DNA of 64,000 bases, taken from assembly GCA_965246875.1 (NCBI GenBank), contig CBDFFU010000003.1, forward strand, positions 338,771-402,770, written 5' to 3'. The stretch's first letter is position 1. Each line of letters starts with the position of its first letter. This DNA comes from Alphaproteobacteria bacterium. Lineage in GTDB: Bacteria; Pseudomonadota; Alphaproteobacteria; Micavibrionales; SZUA-601. The notes under the pieces were generated by a model that worked only from the letters and a program-made list of their open reading frames with translations, was not told the origin of the DNA and did not search any database. A program made the translations under genes and the position numbers. Shown one piece after another: positions 9,623-18,183 of this stretch.

Positions 9623-10048
9623 TCAAAACGGTTTTACCACCACCAAAATCACAATTCCGATCAACAAAAGGATCGGCGCTTCGTTCAGGATGCGATAAAA
9701 TTTTCCAGTGTGTGTAATCTCGTCACGTTCAAACGCTTTGCGCGTTTTGGCCAGGTAACCGTGATAGCCCAGCATCAAGACGACTAAAAAAAGTTTGGCG
9801 TGCAGCCAGCCCTGTTTCATCCAGTCGGGATTGAGCGCGATCAACGATAGTCCTAACAGAAATGTGACAATCAACGCCGGGTTCATGATCAGGCGCAGCA
9901 ATTTGCGTTCCATCACCTTAAATGTCTCGCGCGTATTTTGATCGGCTGTTTCCGCGTGATAAACAAACAACCGCGGCAGATAAAACAAACCTGCCATCCA
10001 GCTGGTAAAAGCAACAATGTGAAACGCTTTGAGATAATCGTATAGCAT
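9623..10048 (-). CDS. hemJ: Protoporphyrinogen IX oxidase HemJ
   Basis: 141-aa membrane protein. The N-terminus LKAFHIVAFTSWMAGLFYLPRLFVYH is typical of the HemJ (UPF0093) family. Confidence 0.85.
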   Translation of the reverse strand: MLYDYLKAFHIVAFTSWMAGLFYLPRLFVYHAETADQNTRETFKVMERKLLRLIMNPALIVTFLLGLSLIALNPDWMKQGWLHAKLFLVVLMLGYHGYLAKTRKAFERDEITHTGKFYRILNEAPILLLIGIVILVVVKPF

Positions 10049-10149
10049 GATGACAGCCTTGATTTAAAAAATGTACCTTTCAACCTAGCGTTTTGGCACA
10101 TTGAAGCAATCAGTCAGGCATCTGATGACCAGCGATTTATCTTGATTTA

Positions 10150-10168
10150 TGTACCAAAAATTGGTACA
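10150..10168. promoter_or_regulatory. Palindromic operator candidate upstream of parD
   Basis: Perfect inverted repeat TGTACCAA-AAA-TTGGTACA, 34 bp upstream of the parD ATG, followed by TATAAAT. Type II TA operons are usually autoregulated at such sites. Confidence 0.5.
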
Positions 10169-10201
10169 ATTATAAATATTCTCTTCTTAAAGGATATTGT
10201 A

Positions 10202-10447
10202 ATGAAGCATAACACCTCGATTGCCGTTGGCGCGCATTTTGACGGCTTTATTCAACATCAGCTCGACACGGGCCGTTATACCTCAAAAAGCGAAATCATA
10301 CGGGCGGGTCTGCGTCTTTTGGAACAGGAAGAGGAAAAATTGCAGCATCTCAGGCAAGCGCTGACCGACGGCGAAAACAGCGGCTTTGTTGCTGATTTCA
10401 ATCCACAAACGTTCAAGGCCAGCCTAAAACGCGGTAACACCTCCTGA
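10202..10447 (+). CDS. parD: Type II antitoxin, ParD family (ribbon-helix-helix)
   Basis: MKHNTSIAVGAHFDGFIQHQLDTGRYTSKSEIIRAGLRLLEQEE is typical of ParD/CC2985-type antitoxins. The stop overlaps the toxin start. Confidence 0.85.
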   Translation: MKHNTSIAVGAHFDGFIQHQLDTGRYTSKSEIIRAGLRLLEQEEEKLQHLRQALTDGENSGFVADFNPQTFKASLKRGNTS

Positions 10448-10749
10448 TGACGTGCTATCGGATCAGCTACTTGGCTCACGGTGATCTTGAATCTATCTGG
10501 CGTTTCACCACTGAACAATGGTCACTCAGTCAGGCCAATTATTATATTGATACCCTTTTCGACTGTCTCGATGCCGTTGCAAGCCGATCGTTACAAGGCA
10601 AAGCTATCGATGCGATCCGGTCGGGTTATCAGAAGGTGTCATGTGGTCGCCATATCATCTTTTTTCGGTTTGGTGATGACGGCATTGCCGAAATTATCAG
10701 GATTTTGCATGACAGCATGGATATCGAAAGACGACTGGCAGATCGCTGA
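10447..10749 (+). CDS. parE: Type II toxin, ParE/RelE family
   Basis: 100 aa with a ParE-like pattern (DLESIWRFT..., IIFFRF...IEIIRILHDSMD). It is translationally coupled to parD. Confidence 0.85.
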   Translation: MTCYRISYLAHGDLESIWRFTTEQWSLSQANYYIDTLFDCLDAVASRSLQGKAIDAIRSGYQKVSCGRHIIFFRFGDDGIAEIIRILHDSMDIERRLADR

Positions 10750-10751
10750 TT

Positions 10752-11882
10752 TCAGTCTTTCTTTTGACAGCAGGCAAAAATTTTGTCGGTCGTTGCGCGG
10801 CGCTGGCAGCACCAGCTGAATTGTGGTGGGCAGATGCTTTTGCCATCGTCGGGATTGTCAGAGAAAATTCCCGTGCGGCCCACCCAACGCTTGATCTGAT
10901 AGGCCAGACCTGCGATAAATTTGCGATGCGTGCCAACGGTTGGCACGACGGCGTAGTAGGGCACACCGTGTTCATGCGCGACTTCGGCATATTCAATGCC
11001 CAGTTCGACGATCGTTTCGACATGCTCGCTGACAAAGGCGTGCGGGTAAATAATCAACGGCACTTTGTCATGGCCGGCACGTTTGATCTCGTCTTCGGTT
11101 TGCGGCCCCAGCCAGGCTTGCGGGCCAACCTTGGATTGGTAGGAAATCACATAGTCCAGATCCGGGATGTTGAGTTCGGCCAAAATCGCCTTGACAGTTT
11201 GTTCACATTGATATTGGTACGGATCGCCCTGTTTGATGATTTTGACCGGCAATGAATGCGCGGAAAATAACACACGCGGCAAGCGGCCCGTCGCCGTTAC
11301 ACATTTATCAATTTCCGTTTTGACGTGTTCGGTGGAGGCCGCAATAAAACCAGGTTCAGTTGGGTAACAGCAAATGGCGGTCGGTTCCTTGGTGTAGCCG
11401 TATGATTTTGCCACCTGCTGCCATTGTTCCAGTGACGACCAGAATGTCGTTGACGACAATTGCGGGTATAATGAAACGAGGAACAATTGATCCGGTTTGA
11501 ACGCCTGCACCTGTGCGACAACCGTGTCCGCCATCGGATGCCAGTACCGCATGCAGGTATAAATCCGCACATCGTCGGCCAGATCTTGCAGATGCGGCAA
11601 CAAGGCAGCGGCCTGGGCCAGCGTGTTTTCCAGCAACGGCGACCCGCCGCCTATTTCATTGTAGGACGTCAAGGCCGGTCCCTTGCCGCGCAAGATGCTG
11701 ATTATCTTTGCAAAGACAATCCGCAGCGGTGTCGGAAACGGGATGATGTTTTTATCCATGAAAAAATTGAACAGGAACGGCTTGATCGTCGCACGCCCGG
11801 TAGGCCCGCCCAGATTAAACAGGACGATCGCCGCTGTGGTTTTTGCCGGTGTATCGGAAACAATTGGTTTTTCAGTATGCAT
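10752..11882 (-). CDS. hemH: Ferrochelatase
   Basis: 376 aa with a ferrochelatase fold signature (VLFSAHSLP, IIYPHAFVSEHVETIVELGIEY). It has a Cys-rich C-terminal tail, CPPQFSWCC...ACC. Confidence 0.92.
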   Translation of the reverse strand: MHTEKPIVSDTPAKTTAAIVLFNLGGPTGRATIKPFLFNFFMDKNIIPFPTPLRIVFAKIISILRGKGPALTSYNEIGGGSPLLENTLAQAAALLPHLQDLADDVRIYTCMRYWHPMADTVVAQVQAFKPDQLFLVSLYPQLSSTTFWSSLEQWQQVAKSYGYTKEPTAICCYPTEPGFIAASTEHVKTEIDKCVTATGRLPRVLFSAHSLPVKIIKQGDPYQYQCEQTVKAILAELNIPDLDYVISYQSKVGPQAWLGPQTEDEIKRAGHDKVPLIIYPHAFVSEHVETIVELGIEYAEVAHEHGVPYYAVVPTVGTHRKFIAGLAYQIKRWVGRTGIFSDNPDDGKSICPPQFSWCCQRRATTDKIFACCQKKD

Positions 11883-12924
11883 GGTTTTTCACAAGTTCTA
11901 AAAGCTGTTGGACATGATCGATGGGAATGGATGGCATGACACCATGGCCCAGATTAAAGATAAACGGACGGTCTTTCATCATGTTCAGAATATGCTGCGT
12001 TTTGCGGATCAGGATATCGCCGCCGCTTAACAAGACAGCCGGATCCAGATTGCCCTGCAGCGTCAAATGCGCTGGCAGATGTTCGATGACCCCGTGCAGA
12101 TCGACGCTCCAATCCAGTCCCAAGCCATTCACGCCGGTTTCCTGGGCGTAAATTATCATGTGTGGCCCACCGATGCGCGGGAAACCGATGATGGGAATGT
12201 CGGGATAGGCTTGCTTGACGCGCGTGATAATGGCTTGTGTTGGTTTGACGATATAGTCATGAAATTCATGTGTATGGCCGCTCAACAAACCTGCCCAGCT
12301 TTCAAACAATTGCACGACATCCGCACCGGCTTTGATCTGTTCGCAGAGATAATGCACAGTGGCATCGACGATGTGAACGAGCAACGCTTTTAATTTATCC
12401 GGCGCAGCAAAGGCCCAATGTTTCGCGGCCAGGAAATCGTCGTGATTGCGGCCCGCGATCATGTAACAGGCCACCGTCCACGGACTGCCGGCAAAACCGA
12501 TCAGCGTTTTATCCGAGCTAAGTTGTTGTTTGACCAGCCGCAATGTGTCATAAATGGGCAGCAATTTATCGGGGTCGAATTGTAAAGCGATATCGTTTTC
12601 ACTCATGGCCGGCATCGTCGGCCCCTCGCCCTTGACGAATTGCACATCCAGACCCAGCGCATACGGAATGACCAGAATATCCGAAAAGAGGATCGCCGCA
12701 TCGATCTGCGGAAACCGGCGCAAAGGCTGCAGCGTGATCTCGGACGCTAAAGCCGGGTTGAACACCATAGCCATGAACCCGCCAGCGTCGGCGCGCAAGG
12801 CACGATATTCCGGCAGATAACGGCCAGCCTGCCGCATCAGCCAGACGGGCGGCGGTGTCACGATCTCGCCCGACAAGGCGCGGAGTAACGGAGAGTGAGA
12901 CAGAGTATCGGTCATAAACATCAC
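11872..12924 (-). CDS. hemE: Uroporphyrinogen decarboxylase
   Basis: 350 aa with PVWLMRQAGRYLPEY and the URO-D signature. It overlaps hemH by 11 nt. Confidence 0.95.
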   Translation of the reverse strand: MMFMTDTLSHSPLLRALSGEIVTPPPVWLMRQAGRYLPEYRALRADAGGFMAMVFNPALASEITLQPLRRFPQIDAAILFSDILVIPYALGLDVQFVKGEGPTMPAMSENDIALQFDPDKLLPIYDTLRLVKQQLSSDKTLIGFAGSPWTVACYMIAGRNHDDFLAAKHWAFAAPDKLKALLVHIVDATVHYLCEQIKAGADVVQLFESWAGLLSGHTHEFHDYIVKPTQAIITRVKQAYPDIPIIGFPRIGGPHMIIYAQETGVNGLGLDWSVDLHGVIEHLPAHLTLQGNLDPAVLLSGGDILIRKTQHILNMMKDRPFIFNLGHGVMPSIPIDHVQQLLELVKNHAY

Positions 12925-13133
12925 AGAACAGACTACAAAAGGCTGACTTTGTTATAAGGCAAAATTTCAAAACCTCTATCTGTGAATCGCTGATTGTTGG
13001 TTTAAAATGGAATCCTTTCATACCCGGCCTGCTGACTTTAATGAAAAGGTAGGAGTCATAGGGCTGTGGATTATGTGGATAAGTTTTATCCCCCGGTTTA
13101 TCCACAAGGTTATCCCCACAGGCGTTTGAATGT

Positions 13134-13148
13134 TTAACAAACTGTTAA
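13134..13148. promoter_or_regulatory. CtrA-type box TTAA-N7-TTAA (TTAACAAACTGTTAA)
   Basis: Exact match to the TTAA-N7-TTAA half-site spacing, inside the origin gap. Confidence 0.6.
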
Positions 13149-13163
13149 TAACATTCATTTGCG

Positions 13164-13178
13164 TTAATCACTTGTTAA
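13164..13178. promoter_or_regulatory. CtrA-type box TTAA-N7-TTAA (TTAATCACTTGTTAA)
   Basis: Second exact TTAA-N7-TTAA site, 30 bp from the first. Confidence 0.6.
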
Positions 13179-13326
13179 CTTATATCCACAGCCCTGTGTG
13201 TGGGTGGGGATAAGATTGGGCGTTACTGAACGCACCATAAATTAAAACAACTTTGAGGTAATTTTAATATTGCACTGGCATAGTCGAAACCTTAAAATAG
13301 ACCGATCACAACTGTCAGGATAACAC

Positions 13327-13947
13327 ATGCATCAATTGCCGTGGGACGAATACGATGCCGAGCAAACTCCCCGCTTGGTCGCCGAAATCAACACCCAGAT
13401 GAAAGATGTCAAATTCGACGATACCTATACCACTGTCCGTGTACAAAGCGTCCCGTTTTATGCCGAACACGATTTGATCGAGCTGACCGATGCCACCAAA
13501 ACGCCGGCACTGGTGCGTCGCGCGATTTACAAGCCAGGCGATTTTTACATTCTCAACTGGACCAACCAGCCAATTTATACGGCGAACGAAAAAGCGCCGA
13601 TTATCATCAACGAAGACAATTCGGCTGTTTACGTTAATTTCTTTTTTCACTTCGTCAAAGGCCGTCACGGCCGTTTTGTGCTGATTGACGGGCCAGAGCA
13701 GATTAACTGGAGCGAAGAGCCACCCGAAAAAGGCATGGCTGCCCTGCGCAACATGATCAAGCCGTTGGCTGTGACCGATACCGAAGATGACGGTACGATC
13801 AATCTGCTGTCGTACATGGTGTTCAAAGACTCGCTGTTCCGCGCCAAAGTGCAGGTGAAACGCGACGGGATGGTCAGCCTCACCGACGAAGCGCTGGTCG
13901 TCGAGGGCATGCCGATCATCGAAGACGTCGTGCCAGACGAAGGCTAA
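13327..13947 (+). CDS. Hypothetical protein flanking the origin
   Basis: 206-aa ORF with core-like codon usage. It occupies the origin-flank position that a conserved hypothetical gene holds in Caulobacter and Rickettsia. No motif recognised. Confidence 0.55.
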   Translation: MHQLPWDEYDAEQTPRLVAEINTQMKDVKFDDTYTTVRVQSVPFYAEHDLIELTDATKTPALVRRAIYKPGDFYILNWTNQPIYTANEKAPIIINEDNSAVYVNFFFHFVKGRHGRFVLIDGPEQINWSEEPPEKGMAALRNMIKPLAVTDTEDDGTINLLSYMVFKDSLFRAKVQVKRDGMVSLTDEALVVEGMPIIEDVVPDEG

Positions 13948-13964
13948 AGCGCGGCCTAAATACT

Positions 13965-14537
13965 TTAATTCATAGCGGGCGATAACAGCGCGTCGATGGA
14001 TGCCTGCGTTTGCTCTGGCTGTGGCACACGGCGTAAAATGGCCTGCATCATTTGCGCCATCTCCGGATTGTTCAACGTCAGAAAGTCGTTGTGACTGACG
14101 ATCTGTTTTTGCACGGAGGCGACAAAAGCCGGGTAGGCTGGCTGTTGCCGGTAAGCCGTAATGAGTTTTAATTTCGCGGCCTTATCCAAGGTGCCATTGG
14201 CGGGATTATCCATGAGCAGCATGGCCACCGCCGTGCTGTCGATGCCCAGATCAACCGTGTCATCATATTGATACCCCATGAGAACTACACTGCTGGTGGC
14301 GGCACTTTTCAGGAACAGGATATCCAGGTCGTCGGTGCGCGGCAAAGTGAAAGCGCTATCGGGGTTAACGGTGGCCAGCGGTACGCCAAAGACAGTTTCG
14401 ATGGATGCGGCGGTCAAAGAGGGCAACAGAACGGGTGGAACATTGACTCGTCCGGCCAGATCGGCGCCATGGGCCGTTGTATAGGCGAAGACTAAACAGA
14501 GGCTTGTCAGGCAAGCCACAAAAAACCGGATACGCAT
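13965..14537 (-). CDS. Secreted or periplasmic hypothetical protein
   Basis: 190 aa with Sec signal MRIRFFVACLTSLCLVFAYTTAHGA. No family recognised. Confidence 0.55.
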   Translation of the reverse strand: MRIRFFVACLTSLCLVFAYTTAHGADLAGRVNVPPVLLPSLTAASIETVFGVPLATVNPDSAFTLPRTDDLDILFLKSAATSSVVLMGYQYDDTVDLGIDSTAVAMLLMDNPANGTLDKAAKLKLITAYRQQPAYPAFVASVQKQIVSHNDFLTLNNPEMAQMMQAILRRVPQPEQTQASIDALLSPAMN

Positions 14538-14695
14538 TCTACGCCCTTGTTCAGTATTTTAAATATGTCCCCATCCATTATAGTGATGACATCTTGATGA
14601 TGCGTTAAACCGTGCGTTGATTCGCAAGGGCGATTGCCCAAACCCGGCATAAGACAGTATGATTGTGCCATTGCAATAAGACGAGTGAATTGATC

Positions 14696-15391
14696 ATGCG
14701 GCATATCGTTCTGGATACCGAGACAACAGGCTTTAATGCCGAGACAGACGACCGGCTGGTCGAAATCGGCGCGGTGGAGGTCTTCAATTATGTGCCAACC
14801 GGCAAGATTTTTCACAAATATATTAATCCGCAACGTGAAGTGGGCGAAGGGGCCGTGGCCGTCCATGGGCTGACGCTGGAACGGTTGCAAAACGAACCAC
14901 TGTTTGCCGAGATTTACGATGAGTTCATGGCCTTTATCGGTGACAGCCCACTGGTGATTCACAACGCGGAATTCGACATGCGGTTTCTGCGTGCCGAGGC
15001 CAAGCGGATGGGCATGCCACCGTTGCCGATGGAGCGGGCAATTGATACCCTGGCGATGGCGCGCAAGAAATATCCGGGCGCGCCGAACTCGCTCGATGCC
15101 CTGTGCAAACGTTTCAACATCGACAATTCCAGCCGCACCTATCACGGCGCGTTGCTGGATGCCTTGCTGCTGGCCGACGTTTATCTGGAGCTGGCGGGCG
15201 GTGCACAGCCGGATTTAGTATTGTCGTCCAAAGCAGTTACGACCTCTACCGACAGCAGCAGCTTATCAGGTGCAAGCGCAACCATTAAAAACTGGCCTGC
15301 ACGGGTCTTTCCGCTGACAGCGGACGAGGAAAAGGCACACCATGTGATGGTGGACAGTATCAAGGGAGCGGTGTGGGTGTCTGAGGTTTGA
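14696..15391 (+). CDS. dnaQ: DNA polymerase III epsilon subunit (3'-5' exonuclease)
   Basis: ExoI motif VLDTETTG, ExoII motif LVIHNAEFD, and ExoIII-epsilon HGALLDALLLADVY. The start is taken at MRHIVLD. Confidence 0.92.
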   Translation: MRHIVLDTETTGFNAETDDRLVEIGAVEVFNYVPTGKIFHKYINPQREVGEGAVAVHGLTLERLQNEPLFAEIYDEFMAFIGDSPLVIHNAEFDMRFLRAEAKRMGMPPLPMERAIDTLAMARKKYPGAPNSLDALCKRFNIDNSSRTYHGALLDALLLADVYLELAGGAQPDLVLSSKAVTTSTDSSSLSGASATIKNWPARVFPLTADEEKAHHVMVDSIKGAVWVSEV

Positions 15392-15471
15392 TAACGAAAA
15401 CCATAATTTAACATATTGACAAATCGTTTAAAATATGATCTAATTGCTAAGCGACCAAAAAGGAGAATAAT

Positions 15472-15927
15472 ATGCCCGAATCCCGTTTGAGAATGAGCCA
15501 AAATTTACGCGATACTTTAGCGCGGACTGAAAATGCTACAAAGGTCTCACCGGAATTTTTGGACAGCGCCGATAGACCAATATTGTTGGACGACGTGCTT
15601 AACTTTTTTGATCAGCGAGAGGGCACTCATAAATATAATATCATTGTGACAAGTATCGAAAAAGATCCGAAACGAGGCTTGGTTCTGAAAGGTGAAAATC
15701 TAAGTGGACAAAGACTAGAATTGGATCAGACACAGTTTGAAAAGTTTGATCCATCTTCCGATGCAGAAAAAGTGCTCGTTATTTCTAAAACTGCTATTCA
15801 GCGCGAGAATGATCGCAAACACCGCGATGCTTTGACTTTAAAAGTCGATTCATCAGCGGAAGCGACTACACTTGTGCCGACGTCTGTATTGAGAGGCAAA
15901 ATATTGAAAAATGACAAAATGAAATGA
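15472..15927 (+). CDS. Hypothetical protein, AT-rich orphan
   Basis: 151 aa with a strong RBS (AAAGGAGAATAATATG). No family recognised. Confidence 0.5.
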   Translation: MPESRLRMSQNLRDTLARTENATKVSPEFLDSADRPILLDDVLNFFDQREGTHKYNIIVTSIEKDPKRGLVLKGENLSGQRLELDQTQFEKFDPSSDAEKVLVISKTAIQRENDRKHRDALTLKVDSSAEATTLVPTSVLRGKILKNDKMK

Positions 15928-16036
15928 TTTAAGTAGTCTAGCCAAAAACGCAAACTATATGCTCCAGACCAGCAAGACAGTTAATCAGCATGACGCTAGC
16001 TTAATTTTTTTAAAATTTTCAAATCGGCGGAATGTC

Positions 16037-16360
16037 ATGGAAAAACAAGTCATGGATAGTGCAGGGCCTGTGCCTGAACAGATTGAATTTCTGATCACGG
16101 GTGATATTGATGCTCTTGTTCAGCATCCACAGTTTGACGAGATCATGACACCGAATACGATGTCCTGGACAAAAATCGAGAAAGATCAATGGATTTATTA
16201 TCAGGTTGGCAATGATGAATTTTATTATTCCGTCGAGCCACCCGGTTTGCAGATGATGTTTAATGACACCATAACCTATCAAAAAGCAAAGCAGATAGCA
16301 GATGAAGTGATCCACAACATCGTGAAGTGCGGTTTGTCCGTAGAGCTAGCAGAAATTTAG
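16037..16360 (+). CDS. Hypothetical protein, AT-rich orphan
   Basis: 107 aa counted from the internal ATG; the ORF is open from 15959. No family recognised. Confidence 0.4.
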   Translation: MEKQVMDSAGPVPEQIEFLITGDIDALVQHPQFDEIMTPNTMSWTKIEKDQWIYYQVGNDEFYYSVEPPGLQMMFNDTITYQKAKQIADEVIHNIVKCGLSVELAEI

Positions 16361-16438
16361 CTGGTCGATCGCACCCGCATTGGCATCAACAAGAATAATC
16401 CAGCCATATTGCTGTTATAAACTCCAACTTAGATACAA

Positions 16439-17132
16439 TCATGTCAATTTCGTTCTCGCTTTTTTCAGCAGACTTTCGCGGTAGTGTGGCTCGTCGAGTT
16501 TGTTCACGTTGCCGGGTGGGATGGGTTTGGCCATTTGCCAGAGGAAGTCGAATTGCGCCTTGAACGTGTCGGCAATTGCCTGGCTGCGGATGATGATAGT
16601 GCGTTTCGTGTCCCACATGATAAACGTAATAGGGAATGACGCCCAGCAAGGCGGGCGAAATCCAGCGGCAGGATTCCGGTCGTGAGATAAAGAAATCATC
16701 GTCGTCGCGAAACAGCATGCGGTCGCGGAATTCGGTTTTGATCTGATGGTGATAGTAATCGATCGATTCTTCCGGGGTATATTTCACATACAGGCGGTCG
16801 TCGATGCCCAGCATGCACACCTCGTCTGCCGGTGTGCGCATGCACAAGAATAAATCGTCATTGAGTTTGCGCATGAAATCATCGCCTTGATGTTCGATCA
16901 TCTCGAAAATCTCGGCATGTTTCTGTACACCGTTGTTACCCAGAAAGGTAATCCCAGCCGCCTGCAAGGTGTGCCGGATCGTTTGCAAGGTGGACAGGCG
17001 CGGTGAGCCGAGATAACGTTCGATATTGTTGATGCTGGGCAGCGACAGGCCGGACCTGGCCGCCAGATCCGATTGTTTCCAGTTCAGCAAGGCGCGCGCA
17101 GCCTTGATCTGTTCGACTGTTATGACATGCAT
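16439..17132 (-). pseudogene. XRE-family HTH transcriptional regulator with an apparent -1/+1 frameshift
   Basis: The N-terminal HTH (IKAARALLNWKQSDLAARSGLSLPSINNIERY) is in one frame to about 16640. A protein-like C-terminus (PITFIMWDTKRTIIIRSQAIADTFKAQFDFLWQM...) continues in another frame to a stop at 16439. The tail of the original frame is low-complexity nonsense. Confidence 0.6.
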
Positions 17133-17245
17133 GGAAAATACGAGTCCTGCGTAGAATGTGTCTGTTAAGTATGTCTAACACCTATAAAAACATGTTTAAT
17201 GCGTAAAATATGTTTGGTATCGTGTGTGCGAACAAGGAGATAATA

Positions 17246-18092
17246 ATGAACAATTTAAAACACACCCTACTCGGTTTCGGTCTGGCATTGGGCCTTGATC
17301 CTGACAACCCCCGCCCATGCAGATCTGCCGAATGAGCCGGTGTTTGCCCGCGTGATGAAAACCAAAACTATCAATTGCGGCTATTTCGTTTGGGCGCCGT
17401 ATATCACCAAAGACGTCAACACCGGCAAATTTGCCGGTATCAATTACGAGATCATGGAGGCGATCGCCAAAAACCTGCAGCTCAAGCTGAACTGGAGTGC
17501 TGAAGTCGGCGTTGGTGATACCGTTGCCGCCTTGAATAATGGCAAAGCGGATGTCATGTGCATTTCTCTGTGGCCCAGCGTTTTGCGCACGTCTCAAATG
17601 ACCTTCACCAATCCTGTTTTTCATGACAAGGTGTATGCCGTAGTCAGAGCCGACGATACGCGCTTTGACGGCGATCTGGAAAAAGCCAACAAAAAAGGGG
17701 TCAAGGTTGCAGGGATTGACGGCGATACGACAGCGGAAATCGCGGCCGAGAAATTGCCGAACGCAACGCAGGCTTTATTGCCGGAACTGGCATCTGGCTC
17801 CGATATCCTGATGAATGTCCTGACCCGCAAAGCCGATATCGCTATCATCGATGAAGCGTTATACAACGACTTTTCACGCAGCAATCCGGGTAAGCTGAAA
17901 CAGGTGCCGGGGCTTGGTGCCATCCGCGTGTTTAGCGAACATATTGCGGTGAAAGAAGGCGAATATCATTTGCGGGATATGATCAATGTCTCGTTACAGC
18001 AATTGATCAATGACGGCGTGATTGACAGGATCACGGCAAAATATTCCAAGGAATACAAATCGGAATTTATTCCGCCGCGGAAGAGTTTTTAA
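17246..18092 (+). pseudogene. Family-3 (amino-acid type) ABC substrate-binding protein with an apparent frameshift in the signal peptide
   Basis: RBS AAGGAGA plus the ATG at 17246 encode MNNLKHTLLGFGLALGL. The rest of the signal peptide and the mature protein (ILTTPAHA/DLPNEP...) are in a different frame from 17295. Removing one T near 17295 restores a perfect signal peptide. Confidence 0.6.
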
Positions 18093-18183
18093 AGAACGTC
18101 ATATAGACAAACGAAATCCCGGATATTTCCGCGGCGGCCGACCGCTAGCGCAAATTCCGGGATGACGAAAAATGACTGCTGAA

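Larger units (their letters stand above)
13065..13213. promoter_or_regulatory. DnaA box cluster
   Basis: Perfect boxes: TGTGGATAA (13074-13082) and TTATCCACA (13098-13106). Near-consensus boxes: TGTGGATTA (13065-13073), TTATCCCCA (13110-13118), ATATCCACA (13182-13190) and TGGGGATAA (13205-13213). Confidence 0.8.
12925..13326. other. oriC: Chromosomal replication origin (hemE-linked, Cori-type)
   Basis: 402-bp non-coding gap next to hemE. It contains a DnaA-box cluster, two TTAA-N7-TTAA boxes and AT-rich tracts. The parAB/parS, recF, dnaN and dnaQ neighbourhood fits an origin. Confidence 0.8.

Noticed and set aside
12599-13105. 168-aa minus-strand ORF spanning the 5' end of hemE and the origin
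   Set aside because: It overlaps hemE out of frame and runs through the DnaA boxes, so it is not credible as a gene.
14507-15145. 212-aa minus-strand ORF antisense to dnaQ. Similar long antisense or alternate-frame ORFs occur at 21581-22240, 27650-28258, 30061-30672, 43730-44326, 48216-48821, 49346-49930 and 56115-56729.
   Set aside because: These are shadow ORFs opposite well-supported genes. Their Arg/Gly/His-rich composition is typical of off-frame translation in GC3-rich genes.
18114-18168. Long imperfect palindrome between the convergent solute-binding-protein gene and dnaN, plus a 13-mer TCCGGGATGACGA shared with 9599-9611 (possible REP-like element)
   Set aside because: Exact 13-mer matches are expected by chance many times in 64 kb when both strands are considered. 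The 9.6-kb copy has no partner arm, and the hairpin lacks a T-tract, so neither a dispersed repeat family nor a terminator is supported.
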